A program made the translations under genes and the position numbers. Below are positions 59,849-64,000 of a stretch of DNA of 64,000 bases, piece after piece. Each line of letters starts with the position of its first letter. Positions within the stretch are counted from its first letter, which is position 1. A model generated the notes under the pieces. The model did no database searches, was not told where the DNA came from, and worked only from the letters and a program-made list of their open reading frames with translations. The DNA comes from Candidatus Latescibacterota bacterium (GTDB taxonomy: Bacteria; Latescibacterota; UBA2968; UBA8231): assembly GCA_965200315.1 (NCBI GenBank), contig OZ241362.1, positions 4,768,001 to 4,832,000 of the forward strand, in the 5' to 3' direction.

Positions 59849-60709
59849 CTACTGGGCGACGGTGGCGAGGAATTCGTCGGTTTGCTGCGCGATGCGCACC
59901 GGGGTCAGGGGTTTGATTTCGAGTACTGCATCCCCCTGAAAATCGACTTCCTTTAGGGCGTCGAGCAGGTAGCGCCAATCCGCTGCGGGTATTTTGCCGG
60001 TGCCCGGCACGGTGTGCAGGCGGCCGATGCCCACATCATCGCCCAAAGCATCGCTGATATGCAGGTGGCAGATGCGGTCTTGCAGCCGATCGACGTACTC
60101 TTTGAGGGGAAAGCGTTTGAATTTTTGCACGTGGGTCGTGTCGAGGCAGATTCCAAGGTCGGCAAAGCGCGCCAGTGCCCGCTGCAAAATGGACAGGTTC
60201 CACAGCTCAGGGTCTTCTTCTCGCTCGCCTTCGGAGGCGTTTTCCAGCGCGATTTTGACGTTGTGCTGGCGCGCGTACTCCAGCACTTGGGCGGCAAAAT
60301 CGAAATCGGGATCGGGGCCATCGAGATAGAGATTGGCCGCGTGTACTACTAGCACCTGACTGCCCACCTGTGCCACCGTGTCGATTTGGCGGTGGTAGCT
60401 CTCCATGGTATTGTCGCCGCCCGTGTGCCAACTCGAGCGCACGCCGCGCAGGATTTGCGCCAGCCGAGGCCGGTGCTCCTCGGCGTAGAGATCGAATTGT
60501 TGAGACACCAGAGCTTCCCGGGCGAGGCTCGTCCACTCCCAACTGACCCATTTGGGCCACAACTCAACGCCGTAGCCCGCGGCGGCCACTTCGTCGACGA
60601 CTTTTGCCAGACTGTCCAAGCCGCCGTCTAGGGCGAAGCTGGTGCCGCCTTTTCGCAAGGGGAAATAGTGAATGTAGTTCCACAGGCTGATGGAGATATT
60701 CAGTTGCAT
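59849..60709 (-). CDS. Sugar phosphate isomerase/epimerase (AP endonuclease 2 TIM barrel)
   Basis: ALEN, CLDTTH, HLHISD, H..PG.G.I, VLE. Confidence 0.85.
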   Translation of the reverse strand: MQLNISISLWNYIHYFPLRKGGTSFALDGGLDSLAKVVDEVAAAGYGVELWPKWVSWEWTSLAREALVSQQFDLYAEEHRPRLAQILRGVRSSWHTGGDNTMESYHRQIDTVAQVGSQVLVVHAANLYLDGPDPDFDFAAQVLEYARQHNVKIALENASEGEREEDPELWNLSILQRALARFADLGICLDTTHVQKFKRFPLKEYVDRLQDRICHLHISDALGDDVGIGRLHTVPGTGKIPAADWRYLLDALKEVDFQGDAVLEIKPLTPVRIAQQTDEFLATVAQ

Positions 60710-60748
60710 GGGGCCTCTTTTCTCAAGTTGGTTTGCGGTGGTTAGCTA

Positions 60749-62689
60749 TTACCATCCGTGCATGCGGTGTCCCTCGGCCGGGAACCAGATCAGATCCACT
60801 ACCATGGAAAAAATTACTCCAACCACATAACCGATGGCTAGGCCGTAGAACAGGGGTTTGCCGGCGATGTAGGCCTTGGTCCCGCCGTAGCGCAGCAGGA
60901 TTATTTTGACAATCCACACGATGAACAGACTGAACCAGTAGAGGCGGAGACCGAACGTGTGCTGGAAGGCCAGACCGATGGGATGGAGGGGGAACCAGTG
61001 GAAATAGCCGCGCAGCAGGGCGATGAGCGCGGCCTCGCCAAAGCCAAAGAACCACACCGCCCACTTGTTCAGGTCGGGCAGCATGGGATTGTTGAGCAGA
61101 TAGACCATATCTTCGAAGATCCAGTTGGCCTTGCCGCCGAGGAAAATCAGGCCACCCCCTTCATAGGCCAAGCTGATTGTCTCGACGGCCAATACGACGA
61201 ATCCGATGGGAAAGGCGATTAGGACCATCGCCGTCAGCCGTCCGGGCTGTCGCTCTAGGGAAAACAGGCGAAAGCAGTGGGGCAGCGCTGGCCAGGCCGG
61301 AATGCGGAAGGTGCCGAAGAAGGCATTGCTGGTGAACACCTTAAACGCCACTAGGCTGCGCGGCGACTGGAAGGCCGAACCGACTAGCTCGATGAGGAAG
61401 GAATCGCCTTTGATATGGGGCTTGTTGGGCAAGAGATAGGCAAAGCCAGTGGCGGCGACGAGTTTGGCTACGACGAAGTAGGTCAGCGTCATCAGCAGGA
61501 AACCGCCAATAGCCACGGGCAAGCTCATGCCCAGTTGCACTCCCCAGCCGATGACGCTGAGTGCCGACAGAATTAGGCCAGCCAAGGCCAGCCGGTAGAG
61601 CGCGACTTGGCGTGGCTCGCCCTCACCGCTGCACACTTGGTGCCACACTTGGCGCAAATGGCGTCGGGCCAGATAGATGGACCACAGGCCGATGAAGACT
61701 AGGGCGCCGTAGCTCTCCATGTAGATGATGTTTTGCGCCTCGGGTTGCTGGCCAGCGGCACCCACGGCAAAGCCACCGATGGAAAAGCCGGTCCGCTTCA
61801 TTAGGGCTATCTTGAGCGCGGCCAGCAAGTGGAAGAAAATCATGCTGCCGAGGATATCTACTGGACACAGATAGGTCACGGCCATGATCAGCGGCAGAAT
61901 GCGCACGGTCAGAAAAAAGTCCGGCGTCAAGTTAAGATCGTAGAATTTCCAGTAGAATTCGATGGGTGGCAGGCCTAGGGCGAAATAGGTGGCGATATTG
62001 TAGAGGATGGGCAGGAAAACCAAGGCGAAGCCAATCCAGAAGACGGGCTTGCGAAATAGCTCGGGCCGTTGCTTGTCCTCAAAGCCTTGAGTCAGGTCTA
62101 AGGGCATTTGCGCCAGCGGAAAGGTCAGCTTCTCGGCCTCGACCCACTGTTTGTGGAAAAGGGCCATTAGGCAGAAGCCAAAGACTACCATGCCCATAGA
62201 AACGCCGAGCCACTGGCCGATGGCTCCGATCCATCCGTCCCAAGGAATGGACGCCCCTTCGGACAGGCCAAACCAAAACGGATCGACTACCCGGGGAGAG
62301 GCATTGGCAAAGACGTGCCAGGGAAGGTAGGAGAAGAAGGTCTCATCCCACTGGTTCTCGGCCGTGGCGAAGTAACTTGGTGCCCCCACAATTGAGGTCC
62401 AGTAGGTCATCCAGCCCAACTGCGGAATCGTACCCACCACCCAGAGCATGGAGAACAGGGTCAGCAATTCGCCGCGGCTGAGTGCCAAGCGCGGCCAGAG
62501 TGCCCTGAGTGCCATATTGAGAAAGAGCCACAGCACAAAGGGCATGAAAGTGGCCATGGGGAATTGCGAGTGGACGTAGCTGCCTATGCCTAGGCGCTGG
62601 CCAACGTTGACTATGTAGTAGAAGTTGGCGGCTATGGTCAGGGCACCGAGGACAATAGCGTGCGCAGTGATCTGTGGCGGACCGCTCAT
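60749..62689 (-). CDS. DUF6785/DUF6784-type polytopic membrane protein (second paralog)
   Basis: YFATAENQW, QWVEAEKLTFPL, WFPLHPIG, LRYGG..Y...PLFYGL. Confidence 0.75.
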   Translation of the reverse strand: MSGPPQITAHAIVLGALTIAANFYYIVNVGQRLGIGSYVHSQFPMATFMPFVLWLFLNMALRALWPRLALSRGELLTLFSMLWVVGTIPQLGWMTYWTSIVGAPSYFATAENQWDETFFSYLPWHVFANASPRVVDPFWFGLSEGASIPWDGWIGAIGQWLGVSMGMVVFGFCLMALFHKQWVEAEKLTFPLAQMPLDLTQGFEDKQRPELFRKPVFWIGFALVFLPILYNIATYFALGLPPIEFYWKFYDLNLTPDFFLTVRILPLIMAVTYLCPVDILGSMIFFHLLAALKIALMKRTGFSIGGFAVGAAGQQPEAQNIIYMESYGALVFIGLWSIYLARRHLRQVWHQVCSGEGEPRQVALYRLALAGLILSALSVIGWGVQLGMSLPVAIGGFLLMTLTYFVVAKLVAATGFAYLLPNKPHIKGDSFLIELVGSAFQSPRSLVAFKVFTSNAFFGTFRIPAWPALPHCFRLFSLERQPGRLTAMVLIAFPIGFVVLAVETISLAYEGGGLIFLGGKANWIFEDMVYLLNNPMLPDLNKWAVWFFGFGEAALIALLRGYFHWFPLHPIGLAFQHTFGLRLYWFSLFIVWIVKIILLRYGGTKAYIAGKPLFYGLAIGYVVGVIFSMVVDLIWFPAEGHRMHGW

Positions 62690-62816
62690 GGGCTACAGGG
62701 CTGTTGAAAATAGTAGGACATCAGTGCTTCAAATTGGTATAAAACCTGTGTTGTGGGAAGAAAGAATCTGTTTTAGAGTTAGCTGCTGTATTGCTGCTTC
62801 CCGAATCGCATAGAAT

Positions 62817-63968
62817 ATGGCTCGCTTGGTTCTTTTTTTTCTTCTCGCTGCCCCCACCAGCGCCCACGCTCAGGCTAAGGACGCTGCCGGGGCGGCCGCT
62901 ATTGCCCATCACAGCGCCAAGGTGCTCTTTGAGAAAGGCGACTTGGAGGGCGCGGTGCCGTTCTATCGCCGCGCCGTTGAACTCGACCCTCAGCGCCTCT
63001 CCGCCCACCTTGAACTGGGCGTCGCCCTCTTTCAACTCGGCGATGCGGACGGTGCGCTAACAGCATTCCGCACGGTCTTGCGCCTCGATCCCAAACACGC
63101 GCTGGCGCACAGCTACCTAGGCAATGTGCTGTACAGTCGCCGGGATGTCGAGGGTGCGGTGCGGTCCTATCGCCGCGCCATTGAACTCGACCCCGCGTTG
63201 GCCCAGGCCCACAGCGACCTAGGGGCCATCCTCTACGGACTGGGCGATGTGGAAGGGGCCATCGCCGCGTGCAGCCGGGCGATCGAACTTGAGCACGACC
63301 ACGTACAGGCGCTTTACAATCTAGGCTTGGCCCGCAAAAAAAAAGGCGATTCGGAGCAAGCGGCCCAATCCTTGCGGCGCGCCATTCAGGCTGATTCTAC
63401 TTATGTTCCAGCCCGCTACAGTCTGGCCTTGCTGCTTTATGAGCAGGGACATGCAGCAGAGGTTATTGCCCAGTACCGCCATATCATCTCCCTAGACCCC
63501 AAGCACAGTCGCGCCCACAACAATCTAGGTCACATCCTCTATAGCCGCGGTGATGTCATCGGTGCTATAGCACTCTTGCAACGCGCCCTCGAACTAAACC
63601 CCGACTATGCTCAAGCCCACTTCAATCTGGGTCTGGCCTACAAAAAGCAGGGGCGGATCGACGAGGCAGTGCAGGCGTTCGGTGCTGCTCTGCGCCTGCG
63701 CCCGGGCCATGTCCGCGCCTACAGCCACCTAGGTGCCGCGCTCTACGCCCGCGGCGATAGGGGTGCTGCGGTCCAAGTCTATCAGCAGGCCATCCGTCTC
63801 AAGCCCGACTTTGCTGGCCCGCGCTTTGGGTTAGCCACCATCCTGCAGGAGCAGGGCAATGAGGCAGCCGCCATCCAGCAGTACCGCGCCATTATCGACA
63901 TGGGCGACGATGAGCACTTGCAGCGCATGGCGCAACAAATCCTCCGCGCTATGGGAGAAAAACCATAG
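62817..63968 (+). CDS. Exported tetratricopeptide repeat protein
   Basis: Signal peptide AHA, about 10 TPRs (AHNNLG, AHFNLG). Confidence 0.9.
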   Translation: MARLVLFFLLAAPTSAHAQAKDAAGAAAIAHHSAKVLFEKGDLEGAVPFYRRAVELDPQRLSAHLELGVALFQLGDADGALTAFRTVLRLDPKHALAHSYLGNVLYSRRDVEGAVRSYRRAIELDPALAQAHSDLGAILYGLGDVEGAIAACSRAIELEHDHVQALYNLGLARKKKGDSEQAAQSLRRAIQADSTYVPARYSLALLLYEQGHAAEVIAQYRHIISLDPKHSRAHNNLGHILYSRGDVIGAIALLQRALELNPDYAQAHFNLGLAYKKQGRIDEAVQAFGAALRLRPGHVRAYSHLGAALYARGDRGAAVQVYQQAIRLKPDFAGPRFGLATILQEQGNEAAAIQQYRAIIDMGDDEHLQRMAQQILRAMGEKP

Positions 63969-64000
63969 GTTCAGTGCTTTACAGTGGCAATGTCTCGCCC

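Overview
GC-rich bacterial chromosomal window. The gene content (DUF6785-type membrane proteins, FlgD-Ig secreted proteins, paired PhyH dioxygenases, sulfatase, GH116/GH95) suggests a Latescibacterota/Gemmatimonadota-like, possibly sponge-associated organism; this is inference. A catabolic backbone is interrupted by many accessory inserts. Highlights: (1) a translationally coupled UvrD-like helicase / DarT1-like DNA ADP-ribosyltransferase / DraG-ARH hydrolase-wHTH operon at 9120-12890, a DarTG-like system lacking the usual NADAR or macrodomain antitoxin, and the best candidate for an undescribed system; (2) a 14.6 kb cluster of three paralogous secreted FlgD-Ig proteins, two paralogous giant outer-membrane-like proteins and a PPIase, a candidate export/surface-display system; (3) a complete 3595 bp ISNha5-like IS1595 transporter element carrying an R-M system, inserted in the first codons of a sulfatase whose frame stays open from inside the IS end; (4) further defence/TA modules and relics, several bounded by direct repeats. 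No rRNA, tRNA or CRISPR array was recognised. Family calls come from motif recognition only; no searches were run.
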